From positions 3,943,923-4,007,922 of the forward strand of contig OY759598.1 in NCBI GenBank assembly GCA_963662435.1: 64,000 bases of DNA. Direction: 5' to 3'. This document shows, piece by piece, positions 1-10,087 of the stretch. This stretch comes from Dehalococcoidia bacterium (GTDB lineage: Bacteria; Chloroflexota; Dehalococcoidia; Lucifugimonadales; VXLM01). Position numbers and translations under genes: made by a program. The notes beneath the pieces were generated by a model, which was not told the origin of the DNA, did no database searches, and saw only the letters and a program-made list of their open reading frames with translations. Position 1 is the stretch's first letter. Every line of letters starts with the position of its first letter.

Positions 1-3000
1 GCCGTCGCCGCCGGGCTCACCGCCGTGTAGTCCGCGGCCCCGGCCGGATGGGTCCCGCCCGCGTCGGCGGCCGTGCTCCACTTCACCGTCACCGTCCGGT
101 CCGACACCGGGTCCAGGCCGATCGTGAAGCTCACCGCGCCGCCCTCGGCGATGCTCCCGCCGGCCACCGACAGCTCCGCCGCGTCGTCGTCGGTGATCGT
201 CCCCTCGCCCTCGTCGGCCCCCTCCACGCTGGACACCGTGGCGTTGGTCGCCCCGCTCAGGGTGACGGTGACGGTCTCGTTCAGCTCGTCCACCACGTCG
301 CCCTTCACCGGTATCAGGATGTTGGCCGTCCGCGTCCCCGCCGCTATCGCCACGCTCTTGGTCGCCGGGTCCGTGTAGTCCTCGTCCGCCGTGGCCGTCC
401 CGCCCAGCGTGTAGGTCACCGTCACCTTCTGGCCGCTCACCGCCGACAGCGTCACCGGGAAGCTCAGGTTCACCGTGGTCTCCGGGTCGTCACCCTCCAC
501 CACCGCCGCCGCGTCCCCCACCGACACCGTCGGCGCACCGTCGTTGTCCGTGATGGTTACCACGGCAGTGTCGGCCGTTTCCGGCAGCGCCGCGTTGACG
601 GGACTGGACAGCTGCACCAGGAAGGTCTCATTCCCCTCCGTGGCGGTGTCCGCCGTGGTTTGCACCTCCACGACGGTGCTGGTGGCTCCTGCCTTGATGG
701 TCACGGTCTGCGCCGGGCTCACCGCCGTGTAGTCGGTCCCCGCCGTAGCCGGTCTGGCGTCGTCGCGCGTGTCGGCGGCCGTGTTCCACTTGACGGTCAC
801 GTCATTGATGGAGGGGTTTGAAAGGGAGATGGTGACCTGCGCCTTTTCGCCCTCGTCCACCGCCGGGGCGGCGACGGACAGCGCCGCCGCGTCATCGTCG
901 ATGATGGTCCCTATGACAACATAGCGGTGATTCAAAGCCAGAGACTCAGCGCCCTCTGTCCCCTGGTTCTTGTCAACATATGACACTATGCCCACCGTGA
1001 ACGCCTCGTTTACCTCATCGAGGTCGTCGTCGGTGGTTTGAACCGACAAGGTCACAGTGTCCTTCCCCTCGAACCGTACGATATTCCCACCCGCAACGTA
1101 GTTGGAGGTGTAGTCGCTATCGGGATCGGCGACGGTGAGCGGGGGCAATATAAGGCTTTGATAGCCCTCGGTACGCCAATTTAAAGCCGGGACGGTATCA
1201 TCCCTGCGGGTGACGGTGAAGACAACGGCGCCGCCCTCGGTGGCGGAGCTGCTCTTGACGGTCAGGTCATCGCCCGTTAGGATGTGATCTTCGTCCCGGT
1301 TGGCCACTTGGACAGCGTCGGCCTTGACGCCGGTGTAATCGGCTCCACTGACCTGATGCCTGATTTCATACAAGAAGACAAGGTTACTGGGTTTAGCACC
1401 GGTAATCGTCACCGTCTGGGGTGTATTCCAGTTGCCGCTGTTAAAGGTAAGGGTGGTTGGTGAGATATATTGGGAATCAGTGGTGTCCCTGGCTTTCGGG
1501 TTTACCTCGAGCTTGATCGTCACGACGCCGTCACCGGTGTGGGGCTGGCTGTTCAGGACCACGGTGTATTCGGCGGTGTCGCCTGCGTTCACCTCCACGG
1601 CATCCTTCGAGATGGTGACGCCCCGGACGTCGTCATCGGTGACGGTAACGGTAACGGAACCCGCCGCGAACCCCTCGTAGTCGGCGTGTTGTGCGCCATG
1701 GGTAATGACGTAGCGCGGGTTCTTCAAATTGTCCAAGTCGTCGTTCCCGCCGGTGAAGGTGACCGTCTGGGGCTGGTCCCAGTCGTCGGGGCCGAAAACA
1801 AGCGTGGCGGTGTCCACGCTGAGTAAGGGGGCGGTGTTCACGCCCCGGACGGTTACGGTTACGTCGCCGGTCGGCTGGGTATCCAGGACGATGGTATAGC
1901 TGTCCGTTCCGCCATTTTCCGCCACGGTCAGGGCTTTCTTGGAAAAAGTGATGCCTCGGTCGTCGTCGTCGGTGACGGTGGCGGCGACGGTGTACTCGAC
2001 GGTAACCGCGAAACCGCTGCCGTTGGCCACCAGCGTGATCGAGGCCTCGCGTTTGTCGTCCGCGTTGTCCACCTTGTCGTCCACGCCGGTGACGGTGACC
2101 GTCTGCGCCTGGTTCCAGTCGCCGGGCTTGAAGGTGAGCTCGGTCTGGTCCAGGGTAAGGGCGCCGGTCTCCCCGGTAGTGGTGAGAGCGACGGTGACGT
2201 CGCCCGTCGGCTGGGAATCGAGCGAGACCGTAAAACTGTCCGTTCCCGCCTTCTCCGCCACGGTCACGGAGTTCTTGGACAGGACCAGGCTGCGGCCGCC
2301 CGCCGTCACCTGCACGGCCGCGGTGTCCGTGTTGCCATCTTCGTCGGTGGCTCGCACGGTGGCGCTGTAGATGTTGTTCTTGTCTTTGTCCGTCGGCTTT
2401 TCGAAGTCCCGATCCGACAGCGTCACCTCGCCGGTATCCGGGTCGATGCTGAAGTCGTCGGCGTCATCGCCCTCCAGCGTCCAGGTCACGTGGCCCAGCG
2501 GCCTGCCGGTGATGCTGGGGGTTGGCGCAGTCCAGACCTGGCCGGCCCGCAACTCAACGTTGCCAACACCGTCAAGGCCGGCGATCATCAGCGAGGCATG
2601 GTCGTCGTCCCGAATGGTGATCCGGGATGTCCTGGAACTGTCGTACACCAGGCCATCTGAGATTGGAATCGTAAATCTTGCGTAAATACCTATGTCCTCG
2701 TCGGTTTCGATCGCGCTGTCTTCGTTTGTGGTCAAGGTTTTTGCTACGCGGTTATCGCCGTCCAGTAGGAGAGTCGTCTCGCTAAGAAGATTCCCGTCAA
2801 ATTTTACGTAGTCATCATTTGCAGTTGCCGGGTGGCTCAATCCGTCGTCCCTGAAAAATAGCGCGATCCGGTTGAACCAACCGACGCCGTACGCAATGGG
2901 GTCGGAGAATTTCGCCAGGATCTCCACATCCTCGCCCTCGTCCACCACCCGGTCGGGGATGGTCATCGTTCGCTCGGTGGAGTCGGTGATGGTTACGGTG

Positions 3001-6000
3001 GCCTCTCCGCCCACCGGGTGAACGTTCAGCAGCCCCTCCGACGGGTCCTTGAGGGCAACGGTGAACGTCTCCGGTAGTGGCTCCACCAGGTGGTCGGCGT
3101 TTATCGGTATGCTGATTGTCTTCGTTTTCTCACCCGGGCTGAAGGTGACCGTATTGTCCTGGTTCCCGTAGTCCTGGCCGACGATGGCGGTGCCGTCCCT
3201 GGTTTCATAGGACACCCGCACCTCTTTTGTGCTCGCCTGGGAGAGGCTGATGGTGAGGATTGCGTTGCCCGCGTCCTCACCGACGCGGACGTCGCTGACG
3301 GACGCCTGGGGGCGGTCGTTGTCCACGATGATGGTGGTAAGCGCAAAGCCATTCCAAAGAAGATGCGGAGACATTGTTGACCAGAATTCGCCGCCATGCC
3401 CAATCAGCCACATCGACGCGATTTCGTTGTCTTCAGATATGGAGTCGTCATCAATTCTTACAAAAACCGCGAAGTTATGCTCCTCAAGAGTTGAAACATA
3501 CTCGGCGAAGATGTGCGCGGTAACGCCCTCTTGCTTTGCCACGCCACTGCACGGGTAATTGATATAGTAACCGGCGTTAGCGGGGTCCAGCTTGCCCTCT
3601 CCGCTAACGCCATCCTTCGAATGAGCTAATGCGAAATCCCGGACATTGGCCTCGCTCAACAAAGTGCCTGGATGTGGAAATCCAAGGAAGGAGTAGTCAT
3701 CGAGGTAGCAATTGATGAAACCTAACCTTCCTACAGTCCAGAAATCGTCCTCAGTTCGCGGGGGGAGTTTGAAGAGCACGACGTAGGTCTCGCCCTCCTC
3801 AACCACTGCGGGCAGCGGTTGGTGCATAATCAGGTTAACGGCATCGTCGTCCTGGATTTCCCCGTAGGCGATGGCGTTGCGGATGACCATGGCGGTCTCA
3901 TCCCCGCTCACCACAACCCCAAACCGCTCAATGCTTTCGTACGCAGTGTCGTCCAGGATCGTCACCGACGCCGTTTTTTCGGTCTCGCCCGGGGCGAAGG
4001 TAAGGCTGCCGGATTGGACCGCTGTGAAGTCATTCAGCCCTTCCGCAGCAGCTCCGCCGCTCTTGGCGACGTAGAACCCGCCGCCGGGACCGTCCTGGGT
4101 CTGCCACTGGATGGTGACCGGCGACGTCTGCTCCGGTGTCAGGGTCACGGTGAACTCGGCCGCGGCGCCGGAACCCTCGGTAACGGGCGCAGCGTCGGCG
4201 ATGGAGATTTCCATCAGGTCGTCGTCCGTGATCGTGCCGACGGCGGTGGGGTCCCGGTACTTGGCATGGCGCACGTGGGCCAATTGCACTTTGAACCGCT
4301 CGACGGTTTCCGGCACCCGGTCTTCCAGGGTTTGCACGGTGATGGTCTTCGTCTGTTCCCCGGGGGCGAAGGTGACGGTCCGGCGCCGCTCCACCCCGAC
4401 ATAGTCATGCTCAAGGGTGGTTGCGGTGTCGTCTTCGGTCACCCAGAGGACGGATACCTCATTCTCGGAGGTTCCCTCCAGCGTGATGGTGAAGCTCAGT
4501 TCGCCGCCCTCTTCAACCGTCGCGTCGGCGATGGAAATCCAGGGCCGCGAGTCGTCGTCGCGGATGGTCACCACCCCCCGCTTTTCGTCGGCCACGGCGC
4601 CGGTGATGGACTCCAGAACCACCATGAACTGTTGGTCCATCTCGTCCACCGTGTCCTGAAGCGTCGGGATCTCCGGCAGGGATACGCTGGTTTCCCCGGC
4701 AGGGATGGTGACCGGCGTGGCGGTGGTACTGGTGTAATCCTTGCCGGCCTTGGCCTTGTGGGCGTCGCTGCCGCCGTCGTCAAGGCCGCCGTTCCCGGTC
4801 CTCCAGGTGAAGGTGACGTCGGTGGTGGCCGGCGGGTCCAGGGTCACCTCGAATTGGGCGGGCCAGCCCTCCGTAACCGTATTCTTGACCGCAGCCACCG
4901 ACAGTGCCGGCCCGTCCACGATGCTCGCAGTGGGCATGGGAGAGTTAGTGCGGATATCTGCGACGGCGAAGCCGCTGCCAAAGATCTCCTTCAGCTTCTG
5001 CTGATCAGTGACCGCGGGCGGGGTCTCCTCGACCGGGGACACCTCTGGGAAAAGGAGCAAAGTGTCCAACTTGAAAGAGAACTTCTCTATGCCCTCTCCG
5101 CTGACTGAATCGGCGAGGACCGGCACGGACAGCGTGGCCTCAGTAGATCCCTTGGGGACACGCACCGAATAACCCATTCTGCCCGCTGCTTTGAAGTCGC
5201 TGCCCGCCATGGCCGTGCCGTCCACCGTGCTGACTCCCGCCATCACGTCGTACCCGATAGGGTGGGATATAGTGAGGCGCAACACCGCGTCTTCGCCCTC
5301 CACTATGGTGGGGTCGTCCAGGGTGAAGGAAAGCTCCAGGTTTTGGTCGTCGTTGTGGATAATGCCGGTTGACGTGATGGGGCCGCTGGGGCAGTTGCCG
5401 GCGCCCGGAAAGCAGGCGTTCACCGGGTCGGAGAACTGCACGGTCACCGTCTCGTCGGGCTCCTCGTCGTAATCGCCCGTCACCTCGATGTCAACGGTCT
5501 TTCTGAACTCGCCGGGCAGGAAGGTGAGGGTTCCGGCCGTGAGGGCCGTGTAGTCGGTACCCGAGGTGGCCGGATCCTTCTGCCCGCTCCCCGAATCTTC
5601 GGCGTAGTCCACCGTTATCGTCCGGGCGCTGGGATTGCTCAACTGCACGCGGTATTGGAGGGTCGCCGTCTCGCCGTCGTCCGGCTCGCCCACCTCGCCC
5701 GGTGATACGAACAGGGCAGGCGGATCGTCGTTGTCGGCAATGAATGCGCTGGCCCAAATGCCGAAGCCGCCAAGTTCCAGGGTTTGTCCACCCTTCTGTG
5801 GAGTCGGATTGCTCACGCTTTTTATCCCCCGGAAGTTGCCGAATTCCACACCCAGGCACTCTTCGGGTTCATCCAGGAAATCATCAAAGGTTGGTATGGC
5901 GAAGGTCTTCGCCTGGTCCCCTGCTCCGAAGATGAGCTGTGTGGGTTCCACTTCCCGATAGTCAACGCCCGGAGTGGGCTGGGGATAAGTCGTTCGCCTC

Positions 6001-7145
6001 CGGCAACCGGCGTCCGATACCATGACCTGAACTCTCGCTGATTCACCCTCGGCCAGGGCCCGGTCCAAGGTGGCGACCAATTTCGCCGTTTTGCCCTCGG
6101 TTACGGTCACGTTGTCAACGTGCATTTCAACCACGTCGTCGTGGCTGTAGATGGTGCCCACGACCTCGATGGTGGCGTCCGCGGCGCCGTCGCCGTCGAG
6201 GTCCGGGAATTCCACCCCGTGTTGGGGATTGCTGAGCGTCAGGGTAAAGGTCTCCGGCAGTTCCACCAGGAGATCGTCAACCGGGGTTACCCAAATCACC
6301 TGCTCGGTGGTGTTTGGAGGAAACTGCAGGCTTCCGCTGGCGGGCAGGGCGGCACCGTCTTTATCAGTTATGGTGTAGTCGGCTGCGCTGGATTTGCCCG
6401 GGTCCGTACTGGCGGATATTTCGTAGGACATCAGGCTTCGCGCCGATGTAGAGACCGCCTCGGCAGGCGCATTGATACGAAACGAGACTTTGTCCCGGTC
6501 CTTTTCGGCCTGCGTATCCCCGTCGTCCCACAGTTCCAAACCGTAGTCGCCGTTGGCGAGTCCCGTTTCTGCTTTGTAATTGACGGTTATGGGCACGGGC
6601 CGATGCGTGATGCGTATGATATTGGACTTCAGCCTTACAGGGAGTTCCAATTCGCCCTCGACATCGAAAAATTCGAGAATAAAAACTTCCGGTGAAGTGC
6701 TTGGTTCCTGCACGAGATCCCATATCGTTTGAATTTTGAAAGTATGGGAGAGCGATCTGGCATTCCCATTTCCGTCTGCACCCGTGCCGAGATACAACGT
6801 TCCCTGAATAGATTCGTAGTCGTCGCCGGCTGTAGCAGTATCATTTCCCTTTGTCCTGTAGCTAACAGACCCGTTTGTTCCCGCCGGTACGGAGACGGTT
6901 ACAGTTATAGAATTACCTTCTCTGACTTCTAAGCTCTCGGGGCTAAATTCGATGCCAATAGGGGTCTTGTCGGCGTCCTGGGCTGCAACGTCACCCGCGA
7001 GCGGCGGCATCAAGACCGCGGCGCCAATGAGCACAGCGAGAGCCCATGCGGGCCGGAGAAGTCGGCGGGCGGTCAAGCCTAAGAAAGCGGCCCTGACCGG
7101 TCCGCCGATGAGTGAATAGAAAACGCATGCGTAATGGACTAGCAT
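1..7145 (-). CDS. Giant secreted Calx-beta repeat / cadherin-like surface protein (>2,380 aa, 3' end beyond the window's left edge)
   Basis: Hand translation from ATG 7145 gives a signal-peptide-like stretch (LTARRLLRPAWALAVLIGAAVLMPPLAGDVAA-QD). It is followed by many Calx-beta motifs (ATAGTDYTAV, EGNETFLVQLS, VTITDND) and a cadherin-like motif (DFEKPTDKDKNNIYSATVRATD, ~2300-2520). Both ends are in the same frame, and the ORF track lists no minus ORF terminating in that frame below 7145, which is consistent with no stop. The start could instead be GTG 7157 or TTG ~7076. Confidence 0.9.
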   Translation of the reverse strand, partial: MLVHYACVFYSLIGGPVRAAFLGLTARRLLRPAWALAVLIGAAVLMPPLAGDVAAQDADKTPIGIEFSPESLEVREGNSITVTVSVPAGTNGSVSYRTKGNDTATAGDDYESIQGTLYLGTGADGNGNARSLSHTFKIQTIWDLVQEPSTSPEVFILEFFDVEGELELPVRLKSNIIRITHRPVPITVNYKAETGLANGDYGLELWDDGDTQAEKDRDKVSFRINAPAEAVSTSARSLMSYEISASTDPGKSSAADYTITDKDGAALPASGSLQFPPNTTEQVIWVTPVDDLLVELPETFTLTLSNPQHGVEFPDLDGDGAADATIEVVGTIYSHDDVVEMHVDNVTVTEGKTAKLVATLDRALAEGESARVQVMVSDAGCRRRTTYPQPTPGVDYREVEPTQLIFGAGDQAKTFAIPTFDDFLDEPEECLGVEFGNFRGIKSVSNPTPQKGGQTLELGGFGIWASAFIADNDDPPALFVSPGEVGEPDDGETATLQYRVQLSNPSARTITVDYAEDSGSGQKDPATSGTDYTALTAGTLTFLPGEFRKTVDIEVTGDYDEEPDETVTVQFSDPVNACFPGAGNCPSGPITSTGIIHNDDQNLELSFTLDDPTIVEGEDAVLRLTISHPIGYDVMAGVSTVDGTAMAGSDFKAAGRMGYSVRVPKGSTEATLSVPVLADSVSGEGIEKFSFKLDTLLLFPEVSPVEETPPAVTDQQKLKEIFGSGFAVADIRTNSPMPTASIVDGPALSVAAVKNTVTEGWPAQFEVTLDPPATTDVTFTWRTGNGGLDDGGSDAHKAKAGKDYTSTTATPVTIPAGETSVSLPEIPTLQDTVDEMDQQFMVVLESITGAVADEKRGVVTIRDDDSRPWISIADATVEEGGELSFTITLEGTSENEVSVLWVTEDDTATTLEHDYVGVERRRTVTFAPGEQTKTITVQTLEDRVPETVERFKVQLAHVRHAKYRDPTAVGTITDDDLMEISIADAAPVTEGSGAAAEFTVTLTPEQTSPVTIQWQTQDGPGGGFYVAKSGGAAAEGLNDFTAVQSGSLTFAPGETEKTASVTILDDTAYESIERFGVVVSGDETAMVIRNAIAYGEIQDDDAVNLIMHQPLPAVVEEGETYVVLFKLPPRTEDDFWTVGRLGFINCYLDDYSFLGFPHPGTLLSEANVRDFALAHSKDGVSGEGKLDPANAGYYINYPCSGVAKQEGVTAHIFAEYVSTLEEHNFAVFVRIDDDSISEDNEIASMWLIGHGGEFWSTMSPHLLWNGFALTTIIVDNDRPQASVSDVRVGEDAGNAILTISLSQASTKEVRVSYETRDGTAIVGQDYGNQDNTVTFSPGEKTKTISIPINADHLVEPLPETFTVALKDPSEGLLNVHPVGGEATVTITDSTERTMTIPDRVVDEGEDVEILAKFSDPIAYGVGWFNRIALFFRDDGLSHPATANDDYVKFDGNLLSETTLLLDGDNRVAKTLTTNEDSAIETDEDIGIYARFTIPISDGLVYDSSRTSRITIRDDDHASLMIAGLDGVGNVELRAGQVWTAPTPSITGRPLGHVTWTLEGDDADDFSIDPDTGEVTLSDRDFEKPTDKDKNNIYSATVRATDEDGNTDTAAVQVTAGGRSLVLSKNSVTVAEKAGTDSFTVSLDSQPTGDVTVALTTTGETGALTLDQTELTFKPGDWNQAQTVTVTGVDDKVDNADDKREASITLVANGSGFAVTVEYTVAATVTDDDDRGITFSKKALTVAENGGTDSYTIVLDTQPTGDVTVTVRGVNTAPLLSVDTATLVFGPDDWDQPQTVTFTGGNDDLDNLKNPRYVITHGAQHADYEGFAAGSVTVTVTDDDVRGVTISKDAVEVNAGDTAEYTVVLNSQPHTGDGVVTIKLEVNPKARDTTDSQYISPTTLTFNSGNWNTPQTVTITGAKPSNLVFLYEIRHQVSGADYTGVKADAVQVANRDEDHILTGDDLTVKSSSATEGGAVVFTVTRRDDTVPALNWRTEGYQSLILPPLTVADPDSDYTSNYVAGGNIVRFEGKDTVTLSVQTTDDDLDEVNEAFTVGIVSYVDKNQGTEGAESLALNHRYVVIGTIIDDDAAALSVAAPAVDEGEKAQVTISLSNPSINDVTVKWNTAADTRDDARPATAGTDYTAVSPAQTVTIKAGATSTVVEVQTTADTATEGNETFLVQLSSPVNAALPETADTAVVTITDNDGAPTVSVGDAAAVVEGDDPETTVNLSFPVTLSAVSGQKVTVTYTLGGTATADEDYTDPATKSVAIAAGTRTANILIPVKGDVVDELNETVTVTLSGATNATVSSVEGADEGEGTITDDDAAELSVAGGSIAEGGAVSFTIGLDPVSDRTVTVKWSTAADAGGTHPAGAADYTAVSPAAT

Positions 7146-7643
7146 ATGGTTGTACACCAATATCCATCTGCCATCGATTGCAACGGCGATTTACAGGGAC
7201 TGGACATTGGGGCGACTCCTTGCTCGGGGTCTCCATTCCACACCGCACACCCCTCTGGTGCGAGAACCGCCCATACGATGATTACGCTTGTACCAATAGA
7301 GCCACCTACTGTTCCGGTCTGTGCCTTGCCCTCCCTTAAGGCGATGACGCCACGAACTGGAGACGGACGATCTCCCCGTTGTCCGGGCCTCGGCGCCAGA
7401 GCCAGGGGAGCGCCTACGCTTTGTCGGGAAGCGGGGTGCAGCGGGGGGGCTGCTTGAACAGCGCGGCCCATATCGCCTTAAGCGCCGCCAGCGCGGCCTC
7501 CAACTCCCCACGGGAACCTTGCTCTTTGCTTTCGGCGAATCTATGATGATCAAGTGCTCCTCTGTTCGATGCTCCATACTCCAAAGGTTGCAAATGTAAC
7601 TAATGTCAGATAGACTATCCGCCATGCAACCGGTTGTCAAGGT

Positions 7644-8030
7644 TTGCTTGCGGGAACTAGAGATGGGCAGCTGGCAACCACCACCGGCCCACAGAAACAA
7701 CTGGAGGTCAGGGAATTGGTTGAAGGTCGTTATGCAGAACTTGACCGCACTCATCTGGCCGAGATGCTGGCAGAGCGAGAGGATGTCCATCTGTTCCGTC
7801 CCACCACAAGGCGGGTGCTTATGGCCGGGAGCGTCAGGAGTCATCCCCCCCCCGCCAAACCCCTAGGCCAAAGACCGCATAGAGCGTATCTGTGTGTGTC
7901 CCAAGGCAGGGTTGGGAGGCGACTCGCCCTCACCGGTTCGCGCTCGACCGTTGCCGGGAGCTGGAGCAGTTCATCCGGCAGGGCAGTGAACGGTGGCCCG
8001 GTGGATGTGTGGACGCCACGGGTCAGGAAG
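7644..8030 (+). pseudogene. Degraded ISNCY-like transposase remnant
   Basis: GRYAELDRTHLAEMLAEREDVHLFRPTTRRVLM resembles the ISNCY transposase HTH region as I recall it. Downstream, in another frame, GGCVDATG resembles the DDATG catalytic motif. The remnant is frameshifted. Confidence 0.6.
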
Positions 8031-8110
8031 CGAAATCCGAACTGGCAGCTCCGCGAAAAAGGCAGCGGACTTCCCGCGGGTGTCGAGCGACTTAGTAGGA
8101 GGGCTGGCAC

Positions 8111-8587
8111 TTGAAGGACCCGGAATCCGCGCAAACCAAAGAGCCCGCCCCAGAAGAGTTCCTGAATCTTTCGCTGCTGAAACTCATGGACCTGAGGCAG
8201 GTGCTGGAAAGCCTGGTTGAAGCAGAACTGGCAGATTGGGAAATCTTGATCGTCGAATTGCGAGTCTTGGCCGTCTGCGCGGCGCATCCCGGAATCACCG
8301 CCGCTGGAATCTCCGGCACCATCCCGGTGGATCCCCCCGCCCTCAGCCGGGTGGTGCACCGACTGGTTCAAAAGAGGCTGTTGTACAGGAACCGGTCCCG
8401 AATCGACCGGCGAGAGGTGAGGCTACGCGCAACTAGCGATGGGCTGGCATTGCTCAAGGAATGCCAAATTCACGTTGCGCAGTTCGAGGCCGAATTCCTG
8501 CGACCCTTGAGCAAGGCTCAACAGGCCTCCTTAGTATCCGCCGTAGAAACCTTGCTTTCCAGAAACTATCCGGGCCGGGAGAGCTGA
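8111..8587 (+). CDS. MarR family transcriptional regulator
   Basis: wHTH PPALSRVVHRLVQKRLL and wing motif SRIDRREVRLRATSDG; TTG start. Confidence 0.85.
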   Translation: MKDPESAQTKEPAPEEFLNLSLLKLMDLRQVLESLVEAELADWEILIVELRVLAVCAAHPGITAAGISGTIPVDPPALSRVVHRLVQKRLLYRNRSRIDRREVRLRATSDGLALLKECQIHVAQFEAEFLRPLSKAQQASLVSAVETLLSRNYPGRES

Positions 8588-8804
8588 GGATGGAGATATC
8601 GGGTGCCGAAGGGATCAGCCCTTGCCCTAACGAGACAACCCTGTCTGAAATACTGTTTCGGGACGTTGTAGCTTCAAGGTGGCCACGTTTGTTGAAACGG
8701 GCGAACCGAATTACCGAATATGGCGTAGACTTAACCCAGCGCCACCTTCTGCGCGATTTGGATGCAGGGAGGGCCGCAGGACGCGTGTGGCCACAGTGCC
8801 CGAA

Positions 8805-9614
8805 CTAGGGAAGTACAGCCAGCGTTTCCCCAAAGGCGAACGCGCCCATGGCTTGGGGGGCATTGTACCAGCTTTCTCTTGACTGCCTGATTTCTTCCAA
8901 CATCCGTTGAGTCGCTGCCCCGTACTGGGTAGCGGGAGATTGAATGTCAACCGTGAAAAACCACTGATCGCCGAGTTCATAGAGCAGTTTCAGCCGTTCG
9001 GGACCCGTGAACATTTCGAACGAGGCAGACACTTGGATGTCGACAAGTCCCGCCTGCTCAAGATGTCCGGCCAATTCCTTGCCCATCTGCGGGTGCCCAT
9101 CGTCAGCCTCGAGAGTGTCGGCAAAGACGGCATATGCCTGTGAAACACGCCTTGGGTCCGGGTCTGGATGAGTCATGAACAAGTCCATGATGATCTCCCG
9201 ACAGGCCAGAATGCCTCCGGATTTGAGTACCCGTTTCATTTCGTTCAGAGCGGCCCCGGTGTCTGGAACATAGGCCAGGGCGTCATTGCAATGGACGACA
9301 TCGAACGAGTCATCCTCAAAGGGCAGAGCTTTCACATCAGCAACGCTGAACTTCGCGTTGCTCAGCCGCCGCTCCGCAGCCGCCTGCGCGGCCATCTCCA
9401 CCTGCGACGGCTCGATGTCGATGCCGCGCAGTTCGCCCGGCGCTATCGCCTCGGCCAGTCCGGCCGATATTGAGCCCGGTCCGCAACCTACGTCGAGCAC
9501 ACGAAGACCGGGCTTCAGGTGCGGCAACAGATAGGAACATGCGTCTGCGGCGCTCCGCGAAGCAAGAATTCGCAAGTAGGCCTCAGAATACCCCATTATG
9601 TACAGATCGGTCAT
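8805..9614 (-). CDS. Class I SAM-dependent methyltransferase (UbiE-like)
   Basis: Motifs VLDVGCGPG, LPFEDDSFDVV and RVLKSGG. Start taken at ATG 9614 (MTDLYIMGYS). Confidence 0.9.
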   Translation of the reverse strand: MTDLYIMGYSEAYLRILASRSAADACSYLLPHLKPGLRVLDVGCGPGSISAGLAEAIAPGELRGIDIEPSQVEMAAQAAAERRLSNAKFSVADVKALPFEDDSFDVVHCNDALAYVPDTGAALNEMKRVLKSGGILACREIIMDLFMTHPDPDPRRVSQAYAVFADTLEADDGHPQMGKELAGHLEQAGLVDIQVSASFEMFTGPERLKLLYELGDQWFFTVDIQSPATQYGAATQRMLEEIRQSRESWYNAPQAMGAFAFGETLAVLP

Positions 9615-9639
9615 TATGGCAGATCCCTTCAGACGGATT

Positions 9640-9891
9640 TCAGTGCCCGGTGTCCAACCCGGAGCAGCCACACGTCAATAGCGCCCGAGCGCTGTGGCAG
9701 TAGACGCTGCGCTGCCGCCCGAAGATCGTCAGCGATGGCCTATTCCCACTGTCAACATCATTGGCGATATATTTCCCGTGGTGGTCCACTTCGACCTGCT
9801 GACGGATGTCCCGCTCATGTATCTCATCGCCCAAGCGGGCCGTCTCTTCGCGAGGGCAGCGTATCTTCGGAGAGGTTACAGCTTTAGTCAT
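9640..9891 (-). pseudogene. Small hypothetical protein, probably degenerate
   Basis: The N-terminal half (EETARLGDEIHERDIRQQVEVDHHGKYIANDVDSG) looks protein-like and resembles a small DUF5678-like family from memory. The C-terminal half looks out of frame. Confidence 0.45.
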
Positions 9892-10038
9892 CCTCGATCC
9901 TTACCGACGCGCACGTCCTGTTCCGTATTCTACCGCGCTAGGACGATGTCTAACAACCCAAAAGGCCTGTACACACAGGGGTGGGACTAAGGCGCGTCCA
10001 TCGCTGAAACGCAAAAAGGCTTCATACATGGCAACCAG

Positions 10039-10071
10039 GGGAGGGCGCCGCTGACGAAGCGGCGCCCTCCC
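10039..10071. terminator. GC-rich hairpin just downstream of the helicase gene
   Basis: GGGAGGGCGCCGCT-gacga-AGCGGCGCCCTCCC, a perfect 14-bp stem. Confidence 0.7.
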
Positions 10072-10087
10072 TCTCTTGCGCGGCGGT

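Noticed and set aside
48..6932. Numerous plus-strand ORFs (e.g. 48-821, 3819-5108)
   Set aside because: They are antisense shadows of the giant minus-strand Calx-beta gene.
7191..7600. Minus-strand ORF 7191-7844 or a gene fragment upstream of the giant gene
   Set aside because: No recognisable motifs; it overlaps the IS remnant and the likely promoter region.
9960..10035. Possible attL at the cargo/core junction
   Set aside because: No convincing copy of the tRNA-Ala 3' end or of the AAATGGTGG junction sequence is present.
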